Counted from the first letter of the stretch, positions 18,861-29,219 are shown. The stretch: 64,000 nucleotides of DNA from an uncultured beta proteobacterium (GCA_963747775.1 CAVVGT010000014.1:182684-246683), one strand, 5' to 3'. Notes: generated from the sequence alone by a model not told the origin. A program made the numbers and translations.

Positions 18861-20651
18861 ATGCTCCGCGCAGTCGTTGGGACCTTCGCTGCCGCGCTCT
18901 CGGCAACGACCCGAAGGTTGCTGGCTACGCACGCGACGCGCTCGCGGGCCGTGCGGCGCCGGTCGAGGCGGACCACGGTGGCTGCTGAACGCGCAACCAC
19001 CGCCGCGGAGCTGCTACTCGATGCGCTGTACGCGCATGGCGTCGAGTACTTCTTCGCCAACGCCGGCACCGATTTCCCGCCGGTGATCGAGGCGTTCGCG
19101 CGCGGCGCCGAGACCGCACGCGCCTATCCGCGCCCGATCGTCGTCTCGCACGAGAGCGTCGGCGGTCGGCATGGCGCACGGCTATTACCTCGCCACCGGC
19201 CGTCCGCAGGCGGTGATGGTGCACGTCAATGTCGGCACCGCGAACTGCCTCGACGACCTGATCAACGCCGCCCGCGACAACGTGCCGATCCTGCTGCTCG
19301 CGGGCCGCACGCCGGTCACCGAGCGCGGCCGCAAGGGCTCGCGCACGCGTCCGATCCACTGGGCGCAGGAGATGTTCGACCAGGCCGGGATGCTGCGCGA
19401 GATCGTGAAGTGGGACTACGAGCTGCGCTATCCCGAGCAGGCCGCCGACGCGGTGCGCCGCGCGGTCGAGATCGCGATGACGCCGCCGCGCGGACCGGCG
19501 TACCTGGTGCTGCCGCGCGAAGCGCTCGCGGGCGAAGTGCCCGCCGACATCGAGACTTCGCCGCGCGCGGTGCCGGCTGCCCGCGCCCCGACCCCGACGC
19601 GCTCGCGCGCCTCGCGCAGTGGATCGCGGCGGCCGAGTTCCCGCTCGTGATCGCCTCGGCGTCAGGCCGCGATCCCGCGTCCGTGCCCGCGCTAGCGCAC
19701 CTGGTGGAGCGATTCGGGATCGGGGTCGTGTGCGCCTGGCCGCGCTACGTGAACCTGCCGGCGAGCCATCCGATGCACCTCGGTTACGCCCCGGGCGCCG
19801 CGCTGCGCGAGGCCGATCTCGTCGTGGTGCTCGAGAGCGATGTGCCGTGGTTTCCGCACCTGGAATCCCCGCGCGCTGATGCACGCATCGCGCATGTCGG
19901 CGTCGACCCGACCTTTGCGCGCTACCCGATGCGCAGCTTCCCGAGCGATCTCTCGATCGCGGGCGAACCGCGCGTGGTGCTGGAGGCGCTCGCGGTCGCG
20001 CTCGGCCCGCACGTTGGAGACGCTCGGATCGAGACGCGGCGGGCGGCGCTCGCTGCGCGTGCGGCGGCGCGTCGTCCGCAGGCGCATGCGGCCTACCCGA
20101 TCACGCCGGAGTGGATCAGCCGCTGCATCGCCGAGGTGAAAGGCGACGACGCGCTGGTGATCAACGAGTATCCCTTGCGGCTCGATCACTGCGCGTTCGA
20201 GCGGCCGGCCAGCTACTTCGGTCTCTCCCCCGCGGGCGGCCTCGGCTGGGGGCTAGGCGCCGCGCTCGGAGTGAAGCTCGCGGCGCCCGAGCGCCTCGTC
20301 ATTGCCACGGTCGGTGACGGCGCGTACGTGTTCGCCAACCCGACCGCGGGCCACTGGGCGGCGCGCGCGCACGGTCTGCCGATCCTCACCGTGGTGTACA
20401 ACAACTCGCGCTGGGCGGCAGTGCGGAACGCCACTGTCGCCATGTACAAGGACGGCGTCGCCGCGCGCGCCGGCGGAACGCTGCTCGCGGATCTGAGCCC
20501 GAGCCCCGACTACGCAAAGCTCGTCGAGGCGCACGACGGCTACGGCGAACGCGTCGAGCGTGCCGAGGCGTTGCCGAGCGCGCTCGCACGCGCGATCGCC
20601 GAGACGCGCCGCGGGCGGCAGGCGCTGCTCGACGTGGTGTGCAACTACTAG
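18861..20651 (+). pseudogene. Thiamine-diphosphate-dependent enzyme (acetolactate-synthase-like), 2 frame changes
   Basis: AGGAGG lies 4 nt upstream of ATG 18861. The N-domain AAELLLDALYAHGVEYFFANAGTDF and the C-terminal TPP-binding part (GGLGWGLGAALGVKLA...VGDGAYVFANP) are in one frame. The middle part (MAHGYYLATGRPQAVMVHVNVGTANCLDDLINAARDNVPILLLAGRTP) occurs only in ORF 19171..19650. The shifts are near 19160 and 19580. Confidence 0.75.
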
Positions 20652-20660
20652 GCGCTAGCG

Positions 20661-21689
20661 CTATGCCGCCCGCGCCTGCGGCGCGAGCTCTCTCCGGCAC
20701 AGCCGCCGGATGTTGCCCTCGTAGATCTTCTGCCGGTCGACCGCGCTGATCCGCAGCTCGTCGAGGATCTTGATCGTCCAGCGGATGTACGCCGAGCCCT
20801 GCTCCGGGTCGAACGGCGAGTCGGATGCGAACACGACGTTGTCGGCGCCGAAGAACGCGAGGCCGCATTCGGTCGCGGGTACCGACCCGAACACCGCGGT
20901 GTCGGCGTAGAAGTTGCGGAAGTAGTCGACCGGGCGCTTCTTCATCCACCCCAGCTTCGCGCGCAGGTCCTCGTCGGAGGTGCGCTTGCCGATCTGGTCC
21001 CAGCCCGGTCCGACCCGGCCCTCGAAGTAGGGAACCATGCCGCCGAGGTGATGGGTGACGATCTTGAGGTTCGGGTGATTCTCGTACAGGCCGGCGAACA
21101 CGATGCGCGCCATCGCGACGCTCGTCTCGTAGGGCCAGCCGAAGGTCCACCAGATCTCCCACTCGCTCTTCGTCTCCGAGGCGTAGTCGGGAAAGTCCTT
21201 GCCGCGCGTCGGGTGCATCCAGATCGGCATGTCGAGCTTCGCCATCAGGTCGAAGAGCGGCAGCGTCTCCGGCGCGGTGAGCGGCTTCCCGCCCACGTTG
21301 GTGTAGACCTGCACGCCGCAGGCGCCGAGCTGGGTCACCGCGCGCTCGGCTTCCCGCAGCATCGCGTCGGGGTCGTTCATCGGCAGCCCCGCGACGAAGC
21401 CGAAGAAGCGATCCGGATACTTCGCGCACAGCGCGGCGAAGGAATCGTTGGCGAGCTTCGCCATCTCGGCCGCGTCCGGTCCGAAGTCCTCGACCGGCGG
21501 CGCGGCGAGCGAGACGATCTGGCGGTAGTCGGCGCCGAACTCGTCCATGATCCGGAACCGGGCGTCGAGGTCGACGATGCAGGGAATCACCCGCACGCGG
21601 CGCGCCATGTCCTTCCAGTTCGCGCCGAGCGCGAGCATGCGGTCGAAGTACGGCTTCGGGAACAGGTGGTTGAACGCGTCGATTTTCAC
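20661..21689 (-). CDS. Amidohydrolase_2 (ACMSD-like) family protein
   Basis: 342-aa intact ORF. Blocks: MKIDAFNHLFP, HHLGGMVPY, FASDSPF. Confidence 0.75.
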   Translation of the reverse strand: MKIDAFNHLFPKPYFDRMLALGANWKDMARRVRVIPCIVDLDARFRIMDEFGADYRQIVSLAAPPVEDFGPDAAEMAKLANDSFAALCAKYPDRFFGFVAGLPMNDPDAMLREAERAVTQLGACGVQVYTNVGGKPLTAPETLPLFDLMAKLDMPIWMHPTRGKDFPDYASETKSEWEIWWTFGWPYETSVAMARIVFAGLYENHPNLKIVTHHLGGMVPYFEGRVGPGWDQIGKRTSDEDLRAKLGWMKKRPVDYFRNFYADTAVFGSVPATECGLAFFGADNVVFASDSPFDPEQGSAYIRWTIKILDELRISAVDRQKIYEGNIRRLCRRELAPQARAA

Positions 21690-22121
21690 GGGATCCTCCT
21701 GAATCGGGCGCCGTCATCTTGACGGAGACCGCCGCGATTGCCAACCTCCCGCCCGCCCCGGCGGGGCGTGCTGCGCTGCGTCGCGCCTGAAGTCATCCGC
21801 GTCCCCGTAGGACCCTGGCCGAGCGCGACCCCGCGGTCCGGCGCCAGCGCTGCGACGAGATCCGGCGCGCCAATGCCGACCCGACGCTTGCCCGGGAATT
21901 CCTCCCGCAGAGCTCGATGATCGCGAGCCTCCGGCGGGAACGGGCGATCGACTGACGTCCGGCAGCGCGCTGTGGCGTGCGCGCGAGGGATTCCGCATAA
22001 TCTCCTGTCTCCGGCACCGGAACGAGGTATGCCTCGGCGCGAGAGGCCACAAGAAGACCATAGCGCAGCAGTCCGCGCGCCCGACTCTCGCGCGGCGACG
22101 AGAGGAGAGGAGAGGAAGACC

Positions 22122-23825
22122 GTGGAGAAAGTCTGGCTGAAGCGTTACCCGCCCGGCGTGCCGCACGAGGTGCGCTACGACGAGTTCGAATCGGTGCGCG
22201 ACCTGTTCGAGGCAAGCGTGAAGAAGTTCGGCGACCGGCCCGCGTACCACAACATGGGCAAGTCGATCACCTTCGCCGACCTCGACCGGATGACGCGCGC
22301 GTTCGGGGCTTGGCTGCACGCGAACGGATTCGGCAAGGGGACCCGCGTCGCGATCATGATGCCGAACGTGCTGCAGTACCCGGTGGCGCTGTTCGGGACG
22401 CACCGCGCGGGCGGCATCGTCGTCAACGTCAACCCGCTGTACACCGCGCGCGAGCTCGAGCACCAGCTCAAGGACTCGGGCGCCGAGGTGATCGTCATCC
22501 TCGAGAACTTCGCCGCCACGCTGCAGCAGGTGCTTTCGCGCACGCCGGTCAAGAAGGTCGTGATCGCCGCGCTCGGCGACATGCTCGGCTTCAAGGGGAA
22601 GATCGTCAACTTCGTCGTGCGCCACGTGAAGAAGATGGTGCCGGCGTTCGAGCTGCCGAATGCGCTGAGGTTCAACAACGTGATCGCCGACGGCGCGCGC
22701 CGCGAGCTCAAGCCGGTTGCCGTCGGACACGACGACGTCGCGTTCCTGCAGTATACCGGGGGCACGACCGGGGTCGCCAAGGGCGCGATGCTCGTTCATC
22801 GGAACATCCTCTCGAACCTCGAGATGGTCCGGGCGTGGATGCTGCCGTTTCTCGGCGAGACGCCGCAGACCGTGATCACCGCGCTGCCGCTCTATCACAT
22901 CTTTTCGCTGACGGCGAACTGCCTGACGTTCATGAAGATGGGCGGCTGCAACGTGCTGATCACGAACCCGCGCGACATTCCGGGCTTCGCGAAGGAGCTG
23001 CAGAAGCACAAGTTCACGATCATCACCGGCGTGAACACGCTCTACAACGCGCTGCTCCACAACGCCGAGTTCCTCAAGCTCGATTTCGGCTCGCTCAAGT
23101 GCGCCATCGGCGGCGGGATGGCGGTGCAGAAGGCGGTCGCCGAGCGCTGGAAGCAGGCAACGGGCGTGCCCCTCATCGAAGCCTACGGCCTCACCGAGAC
23201 CTCGCCGGCGGCGACCCTCAACCCCCTCGACCTCAAGGAGTTCAACGGCTCGATCGGCCTGCCGGCGCCCTCGACCGAGGTCGGCATCCGCGCCGACGAC
23301 GGCCGCTGGCTGCCGATCTGGGACGGGGTGCGGCCGGTCGAGGAGTGCACCGGCGAGATCTGCATCAAGGGGCCGCAGGTGATGGCCGGCTACTGGCAGA
23401 AGCCCGAGGAGACCGCGAAGGTGATGACGCCCGACGGCTTCTTCATGACCGGGGACATCGGGTACATGGACCGGGAAGGGTTCACCCGCATCGTCGACCG
23501 CAAGAAGGACATGATCCTCGTGTCGGGCTTCAACGTGTACCCGAACGAGATCGAGGGTGTCCTCGCGATGCATCCGGGCGTGCTGGAGTGCGCGGCGATC
23601 GGCGTGCCGGACGCGAAGTCGGGCGAGGCGGTGAAGGTGTTCGTCGTGAAGAAGGACCCGGCCCTCACCGAAGACTCGATCCGCAAGCACTGCGAAGAGC
23701 ATCTCACCGGCTACAAGCGACCGCGCTACATCGAGTTCCGCGCCGACCTGCCGAAGACGAACGTCGGCAAGATCCTGCGCCGCGCGCTGCGCGACGAGGA
23801 GGTCGGGCAGAGGAAGCCCGCTTAG
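22122..23825 (+). CDS. fadD: Long-chain-fatty-acid--CoA ligase
   Basis: 567 codons from GTG 22122, preceded by the purine-rich GAGAGGAGAGGAGAGGAAG. The N-terminus EKVWLKRYPPGVP is typical of FadD. AMP-binding motifs: LQYTGGTTGVAKGAML, AYGLTETSP, TGDIGYMDREGFTRIVDRKKD, PKTNVGKILRR. Confidence 0.9.
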   Translation: MEKVWLKRYPPGVPHEVRYDEFESVRDLFEASVKKFGDRPAYHNMGKSITFADLDRMTRAFGAWLHANGFGKGTRVAIMMPNVLQYPVALFGTHRAGGIVVNVNPLYTARELEHQLKDSGAEVIVILENFAATLQQVLSRTPVKKVVIAALGDMLGFKGKIVNFVVRHVKKMVPAFELPNALRFNNVIADGARRELKPVAVGHDDVAFLQYTGGTTGVAKGAMLVHRNILSNLEMVRAWMLPFLGETPQTVITALPLYHIFSLTANCLTFMKMGGCNVLITNPRDIPGFAKELQKHKFTIITGVNTLYNALLHNAEFLKLDFGSLKCAIGGGMAVQKAVAERWKQATGVPLIEAYGLTETSPAATLNPLDLKEFNGSIGLPAPSTEVGIRADDGRWLPIWDGVRPVEECTGEICIKGPQVMAGYWQKPEETAKVMTPDGFFMTGDIGYMDREGFTRIVDRKKDMILVSGFNVYPNEIEGVLAMHPGVLECAAIGVPDAKSGEAVKVFVVKKDPALTEDSIRKHCEEHLTGYKRPRYIEFRADLPKTNVGKILRRALRDEEVGQRKPA

Positions 23826-23899
23826 CCGGACGCCGCCGGCGGCACGTCGTCAGCCCTCACCGGAAGCCCGCCGGGCACGCCCAGCGGAGTTCCGCGCGC

Positions 23900-24814
23900 A
23901 TGAAACAGGACCGCTTCGCCGCCGGAATCGCGCTGCTGATGATCACCGTGCTGTCGTGGGGCGGGACCTTTCCGGTGGGCAAGGCGGCGGTGGCGGGCAT
24001 CGATCCGTTCTGGCTCGCGGCGATCCGGTATGGCGTGACCGTCTTCGTGTTCGCCGCGATCCTGGCGGCGGTCGAGGGGCGGTCCGCCTTCGACTACCAG
24101 GGCCGGTTCGCCACCGCGGCCGTGATCGGCATCGTCGGTTTCGGGGGCTTCAACACGCTCGCGTTCATCGGCCTCCAGTACAGCAAGGCCGAGCACGTCG
24201 CGCTGATCAACGCGCTGCAGGCCCCGATCACCGCGCTCGCGCACTGGGCCTGGCGTGGCGTGCGCCCGGCGAACGTCACGCTCGCGTGCATGGCGGTCGC
24301 CTTCGTCGGGGTGTTCTTCGTCGCGACGCACGGCGATCCGGCCGCCGCCCTGAGGGGCGGCTCGCTCGTCGGGGACCTGCTTGCGCTTGCGGCCGCGGTG
24401 AGCTGGGTGGTCTTCTCGCTCGGCGTGGTCAAGCTCGCCGGGTTCAGCGCGATCCGCTACATGACCCTCACCTGCATCCCCGGTGCGGTCGCCCTCTTCG
24501 CGTTTGCGCTCGTCGCCACCGCGCTCGGCGCCGTCGTGCCGGACGCGGCGACGCTCCGCGCCCACGGGTGGGAAGTGGCCTACCTCATCGTCTTCACGTC
24601 GATCGTCGGGGTGATGTGCTGGATTGCGGGCATCCAGCGGGTCGGGCCGCTCGACGCCGCGCTGCTGGCGAATCTCGTGCCAATCGTCGCGTTCGCGATC
24701 GGGGCCGCGGTCGGGACGCCGTTCGACGCGTTCGAGCTGGCCGGCGCCGCCCTGGTCATAGTGGCCCTGATGGCCAACAACCTCCTCCTCCGGCGCCGGG
24801 CCGCGCACGGGTGA
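23900..24814 (+). CDS. DMT superfamily (EamA) transporter
   Basis: 304-aa ORF with 10 TM segments and two EamA-like halves. Confidence 0.8.
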   Translation: MKQDRFAAGIALLMITVLSWGGTFPVGKAAVAGIDPFWLAAIRYGVTVFVFAAILAAVEGRSAFDYQGRFATAAVIGIVGFGGFNTLAFIGLQYSKAEHVALINALQAPITALAHWAWRGVRPANVTLACMAVAFVGVFFVATHGDPAAALRGGSLVGDLLALAAAVSWVVFSLGVVKLAGFSAIRYMTLTCIPGAVALFAFALVATALGAVVPDAATLRAHGWEVAYLIVFTSIVGVMCWIAGIQRVGPLDAALLANLVPIVAFAIGAAVGTPFDAFELAGAALVIVALMANNLLLRRRAAHG

Positions 24815-24920
24815 GGTCTTTCCGCGGGCCTTGCCCGGGGTTAGTGCGCCGCAACAAATCCTCTGGTATAAACACGCGAGCTTGTTAACCACGTCGTTAA
24901 TTGCGACAGGAGGTCACGGA

Positions 24921-26145
24921 GTGCTCTACGCGCTGCACGAAATGCAACACGCGCTGCTCGCCCCGTGGAACGTCTGGGCGAAAACGCACCACGAGCTGTT
25001 CTCGCACCCCTTCAGCCCGCTCGCATATTCGCCCGGGGCGAAGCGCGTCGCGGCCTCCGCGGACCTGATGCATCGCCTGACCAAGCGCTACGACAAGCCC
25101 GAGTTCGGGCTCGACCATACGATCATCGACGGCGCCGAGGTGGCGCTCACCGAGCGCGTCGCCGTGTCCAAGCCGTTCTGCCGCCTCCTGCACTTCGAGC
25201 GCGCCGCGACGCGCAACGACCCGGTGGTGCTGCTGGTCGCGCCGCTCTCCGGTCACTTCGCCACGCTGCTGCGCGACACGGTGCGCGCGTTCGCTGCCCG
25301 ACCACGAGGTCTACGTCACCGACTGGGCGGACGCGAAGCTGGTGCCGATCTCGCAGGGCGCGTTCCACCTCGACGACTACGTCGACTACGTGCGCGAGTT
25401 CATCCGCCATCTCGGGCCGTCGGTGCACGTGATATCGGTCTGCCAGCCGACGGTGCCGGTGCTCGCGGCGGTGGCGCTGATGGCGGCCGACGGCGAGGCG
25501 GTGCAGCCGCGCACGATGACGATGATGGGCGGGCCGATCGACGCGCGCCGCAGCCCGACCGCGGTCACCAATCTCGCGCTCAGGCATCCGCTGTCGTGGT
25601 TCGACCGCCGCCTGATCGAGCGCGTGCCGCGCGAAGTATCCCGGCTTCATGCGCCGCGTCTATCCCGGCTTCCTGCAGTACGCCGGATTCGTGGCGATGA
25701 ACCCCGACCGCCACGTCGATTCGCACTGGCACTACTACCATGCATCTCGTGGCCGGCGACGGCGACAGCGCCGACTCGCACCGCCGCTTCTACGACGAGT
25801 ACAACGCGGTGCTCGACATGCCGGCCGAGTACTACCTCGACACGATTCGCACCGTCTTCCAGGAGTTCGCTACTGGCGCAGGGCACGATGCGGGTGCGCG
25901 GCCAGCCGGTGCGGCCGGATGCGGTCACGAAAACCGCGCTGCTTCACCATCGAGGGCGAGCTCGACGATATCTCCGGCAACGGCCAGACCGAGGCCGCGC
26001 AGGCGCTGTGCGCCGGCATTCCCGCGAAGCGCCGCGAGCACTACCTCGTGCCGAAGGCGTCGGCCACTACGGCATCTTCAGCGGCCGCAAGTGGCGCGAG
26101 GCGATCGCACCGCGGATCCGGGAGTTCATCCGGCGGCACGCTTGA
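24921..26145 (+). pseudogene. phaZ: Intracellular polyhydroxyalkanoate depolymerase, at least 5 frame changes
   Basis: AGGAGG lies 7 nt upstream of GTG 24921. Fragments are spread over all three frames: LYALHEMQHALLAPW...VLLVAPLSGHFATLLRDTV (ORF 24831..), VTDWADAKLVPISQGAFHLDDYVDYV...VCQPTVPVLAAVALMAA (ORF 25342..), YPGFLQYAGFVAMNPDRHV (ORF 25649..), HRRFYDEYNAVLDMPAEYYLDTIRTVFQEF (ORF 25740..) and GHYGIFSGRKWREAIAPRIREFIRRHA. Confidence 0.75.
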
Positions 26146-26259
26146 AACGGGAATTGCCCCCCGTGCGGCAATTCCGCTGACATCGGGGAGCGCGAGGGGC
26201 CGTGCCCCCTCGTAGCGTCACTAGGGGCTTAACCCCACCCGCGGCTGCGGGCCGTTAGA

Positions 26260-26284
26260 GCCTCCGGGACACCCACCCGGAGGC
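26260..26284 (+). promoter_or_regulatory. Perfect 9-bp stem hairpin that sequesters the Shine-Dalgarno of the VIT-domain gene
   Basis: GCCTCCGGG (26260-26268) pairs with CCCGGAGGC (26276-26284) across a 7-nt loop. The GGAGG at 26279-26283 lies inside the 3' arm, 4 nt before ATG 26288. Confidence 0.45.
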
Positions 26285-26287
26285 CTT

Positions 26288-29182
26288 ATGACCGCGCTTC
26301 GCGCGGCGCTCGTCGCGCCGCTCCTGCTTCTTCTTGCGCTGCCTGCGGCTGCGCAGCACGTCACGCCCCGTCCGCGGCTCGCGATCTCCACGCCAGTCGA
26401 ACAGCCGGTGGTCCTTCAGTCGGTGCGCATCGCCGCCGAGATCGGCGCGGGCCTCGCGTTGACGAGCGTCGAGCTGACCTTCTACAACCCCAACCGCCGC
26501 GTCCTCGAGGGCGAGCTGCAGTTCCCGCTCCTCGACGGCCAGACGGTGGTCGGCATGGCCATGGAGATCGACGGCAACCTGCGCGAGGCGGTGCCGGTCG
26601 AAAAGGCACGCGGGCAGATGGTTTTCGAGGACGTCACGCGCCAACGCATCGATCCCGCGCTGCTCGAGGCGACGCAGGGCAACAACTACAAGCTGCGCGT
26701 CTACCCGATTCTTCCCGAGCGCACCAAGCAGGTCGTCATCCGCTACAGCGAGTCGCTGAAGGCGATCGCCGGCCGGCACGCCTATCGCGTGCCGCTCGAC
26801 TACGCCGAGCGGGTGCCATCCTTCTCGCTGCGCATCGCCGTGCACGGGGCGCTCGCGCGGCCGGCGGTGGTACGCGGGATCGCGGAGGGGCTCGCGTTCG
26901 CCCGCGACGGCGGGCTCTGGCAGGCCCGCGCCGAGCGCAGCGACTTTGTCGGGCGCGGGCTGCTCGAGCTTGCCCTGCCCCCAGTTGCCGGCCCGCAGGT
27001 CGTCACGCAGCGGTTCGAGGGCCGGCGCTACTTCTACGCCGAGGTTCCGGTCGCGACGAGCCGTGCGCCGCGCATGCCGCCCGGCGTCGTCGGGATCGTC
27101 TGGGACGCGTCGGGATCCGGCGCGGCACGCGACCGCGCGCGCGAGTTCGGGCTGCTCGATGCCTACTTCGGGCGACTGCGCAACGCCGAAGTGCGCCTGG
27201 TGCTCCTGCGGGAGCGCGCCGCTGCACCGCAGGTCTTCCGCGTTGCCGACGGCGACTGGAGCGCGCTGCGCAAGGTGCTCGAGGGGACTCCGTACGACGG
27301 TGCGACCAACCTCGGTGCGTTCCGTCCCGAGCCCGAAGTGGGGGAGTACCTGCTCTTCAGCGACGGCCTCGCCAACTTCGGCGACGTGCCGTTCCCGCAA
27401 TTGCGCGTCCCGGTCTACGCGATTTCCGCCGCAACGAAGGCGGATCCGTCGCGTCTGCGGCACATCGCGCACGCAAACGGCGGGAAGTTCATCGATCTAA
27501 CCGCCTTGGCGCCGCGGGCCGCCGCCACGGCCCTCCTCACCGAGACGTCGCGACTCGGCGAGCTGACGGGCGAGGGCGTCACGGACCTGGTTGCGGCGTC
27601 GCCGCATCCCGAACAGGGCCGCATCCTGGTGGCGGGCGTGCTGACCGAGCCGTCCGGCACCCTGCGCCTTACGTTCGGCCGCGGCGGCGCGCCGCGCACG
27701 ACGCTCCAGGTCCCGATCGCAGGCGATCGCGCCGACACCCCGCTCGCGGCCGCACAGTGGGCGCGCCTGCGCATCGCGTCGCTCGAGGGCGAGCACGAGC
27801 TGAACAAGGGCGCGATCCGGCGGCTCGGCAAGGCGTTCGGTGTGGTCACGCGCGAGACCTCGCTCATCGTGCTCGACCGCGTCGAGGACTACGCGCGCTT
27901 CGAGATCGCCCCGCCGCCCGAGCTGACGGCCGAGTACCAGCGGCTGGTCGGTGTCCTCGCGCAGCGCAAGCGCGTCGACGAGGGGGCGCAGCTGGAGCGC
28001 GTGGTCGCGATGCTGCGCGAGAAGGAGGCGTGGTGGCAGCGCGAGTTTCCGAAGGGCGCCCGGCCGGCGGTGAAGTCCGAACCCGCGCCGAATGTCGCCC
28101 CTCGGGCGCTGCGCGACAGCGCCCGGCTCGAGCGCCAGCTGGAGTTTGCGCGCCCGGAGCAGCGTTCGGCGGCAGCGGCCCCCGCTCCGGCGGCGGCCCC
28201 GCAGGCCCGCCTCGCTGAAGAGGCCGTGGCGAAGCGTGCGGACCGCGCGGCCCCGGGGGGAATCGCGATCCAGCTCAAGCGCTGGACGCCCGATGCACCG
28301 TACATCGCGCGGCTACGCGAGGCGCCGGCCGCGGACCTGTATCGCGTCTACCTCGACGAGCGGCCGGGCTACGGCGCGAGCACCGCGTTTTTCCTCGACG
28401 CGGCCGACCAGTTCTTCGAGAAGGGCCTGCGCGAGCTCGGCGTGCGCGTGCTGACGAACCTCGCCGAGCTGGATCTCGAGAACCGGCACGTCCTGCGCAT
28501 CCTCGGCTACCGACTGGTGCAGGCGGGCGAGGCGCCGCTCGCGTTGCCGGTGTTCCGGCGCGTGCTGGAACTCGCGCCGGAGGAGCCGCAGTCCTATCGC
28601 GATCTCGGCCTCGCGTACGCCGCGGACGGCCAGCCGCAGAAGGCGGTCGACGTGCTCTACGAGGTGGTGGCGCGCCCATGGCACGGCCGGTTCCCGGAAG
28701 TGGAGCTGATCGCGCTCGCCGAACTGAATGCCCTCGTCGCGACCTCCGCAATCCCGCTCGACACGAGTCGCTTCGACCCGCGGGTGCTCAAGAACCTTCC
28801 CGTGGATCTGCGCGTCGTGCTCACCTGGGACGCGGACAACACCGACATCGACCTGTGGGTCACCGACCCGAACGGCGAGCGCGCGTACTACGGCAACCCG
28901 CTGTCCTACCAGGGCGGGCGGATGTCGCGCGACTTCACCGGCGGGTATGGACCGGAGGAGTTCTCGCTGAAGCAGGCGAAGCCAGGGAAGTACACGATTC
29001 AGGCGAACTTCTACGGCCACCGCCAGCAGATCGTCGCCGGCGCGACGACGCTGCAGGTCAAGCTGCAGACGCGCTTCGGCACGCGCGAGGTCGAGGAGCG
29101 GACCGTCACGCTGCGCCTGCAGAGCCGCGGCGGGATGGTGGCGGTGGGCGAGTTCGAGGTGGGTGCATGGCGCGCGCAGTAG
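26288..29182 (+). CDS. Large secreted VIT / vWA-like / helical-repeat / DUF2135-domain protein
   Basis: 964-aa intact ORF with signal peptide MTALRAALVAPLLLLLALPAAAQ. The N-terminal domain is VIT-like (ELTFYNPNRRVLEGELQFPL, NNYKLRVYPILPERTKQVVIRY). The central part is vWA-like (VGIVWDASGSG). The C-terminus is DUF2135-like (DLRVVLTWDADNTDIDLWVTDPNGERAYY...GGYGPEEFSLKQAKPGKYTIQANFYG). Confidence 0.8.
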   Translation: MTALRAALVAPLLLLLALPAAAQHVTPRPRLAISTPVEQPVVLQSVRIAAEIGAGLALTSVELTFYNPNRRVLEGELQFPLLDGQTVVGMAMEIDGNLREAVPVEKARGQMVFEDVTRQRIDPALLEATQGNNYKLRVYPILPERTKQVVIRYSESLKAIAGRHAYRVPLDYAERVPSFSLRIAVHGALARPAVVRGIAEGLAFARDGGLWQARAERSDFVGRGLLELALPPVAGPQVVTQRFEGRRYFYAEVPVATSRAPRMPPGVVGIVWDASGSGAARDRAREFGLLDAYFGRLRNAEVRLVLLRERAAAPQVFRVADGDWSALRKVLEGTPYDGATNLGAFRPEPEVGEYLLFSDGLANFGDVPFPQLRVPVYAISAATKADPSRLRHIAHANGGKFIDLTALAPRAAATALLTETSRLGELTGEGVTDLVAASPHPEQGRILVAGVLTEPSGTLRLTFGRGGAPRTTLQVPIAGDRADTPLAAAQWARLRIASLEGEHELNKGAIRRLGKAFGVVTRETSLIVLDRVEDYARFEIAPPPELTAEYQRLVGVLAQRKRVDEGAQLERVVAMLREKEAWWQREFPKGARPAVKSEPAPNVAPRALRDSARLERQLEFARPEQRSAAAAPAPAAAPQARLAEEAVAKRADRAAPGGIAIQLKRWTPDAPYIARLREAPAADLYRVYLDERPGYGASTAFFLDAADQFFEKGLRELGVRVLTNLAELDLENRHVLRILGYRLVQAGEAPLALPVFRRVLELAPEEPQSYRDLGLAYAADGQPQKAVDVLYEVVARPWHGRFPEVELIALAELNALVATSAIPLDTSRFDPRVLKNLPVDLRVVLTWDADNTDIDLWVTDPNGERAYYGNPLSYQGGRMSRDFTGGYGPEEFSLKQAKPGKYTIQANFYGHRQQIVAGATTLQVKLQTRFGTREVEERTVTLRLQSRGGMVAVGEFEVGAWRAQ

Positions 29183-29219
29183 ACAGAACCGAGGGCAGGA
29201 TGGTAAGTGTCGCCTCGTC

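Noticed and set aside
15275-20651. Two giant ORFs (15275..18367, 1030 aa; 17307..20651, 1114 aa) that could be taken for large novel proteins.
   Set aside because: Each is a chimera. Real fragments of two MFS transporters, an esterase and a TPP enzyme are joined by out-of-frame read-through that happens to lack stop codons in GC-rich DNA.
21690-22121. A 430-bp leader upstream of fadD, considered as a riboswitch, sRNA or hidden gene.
   Set aside because: I recognised no conserved riboswitch core and no convincing ORF. The in-frame extension to 21972 is Arg/Pro-rich and lacks an RBS. It probably contains only promoter and operator sequences.
26150-26175. A perfect 9-bp inverted repeat GGAATTGCC-N8-GGCAATTCC, 5 nt after the phaZ stop, considered as an intrinsic terminator.
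   Set aside because: No U-tract follows it, so it is not a canonical rho-independent terminator. It may be a protein-binding palindrome or a stabilising hairpin, but I cannot support a call.
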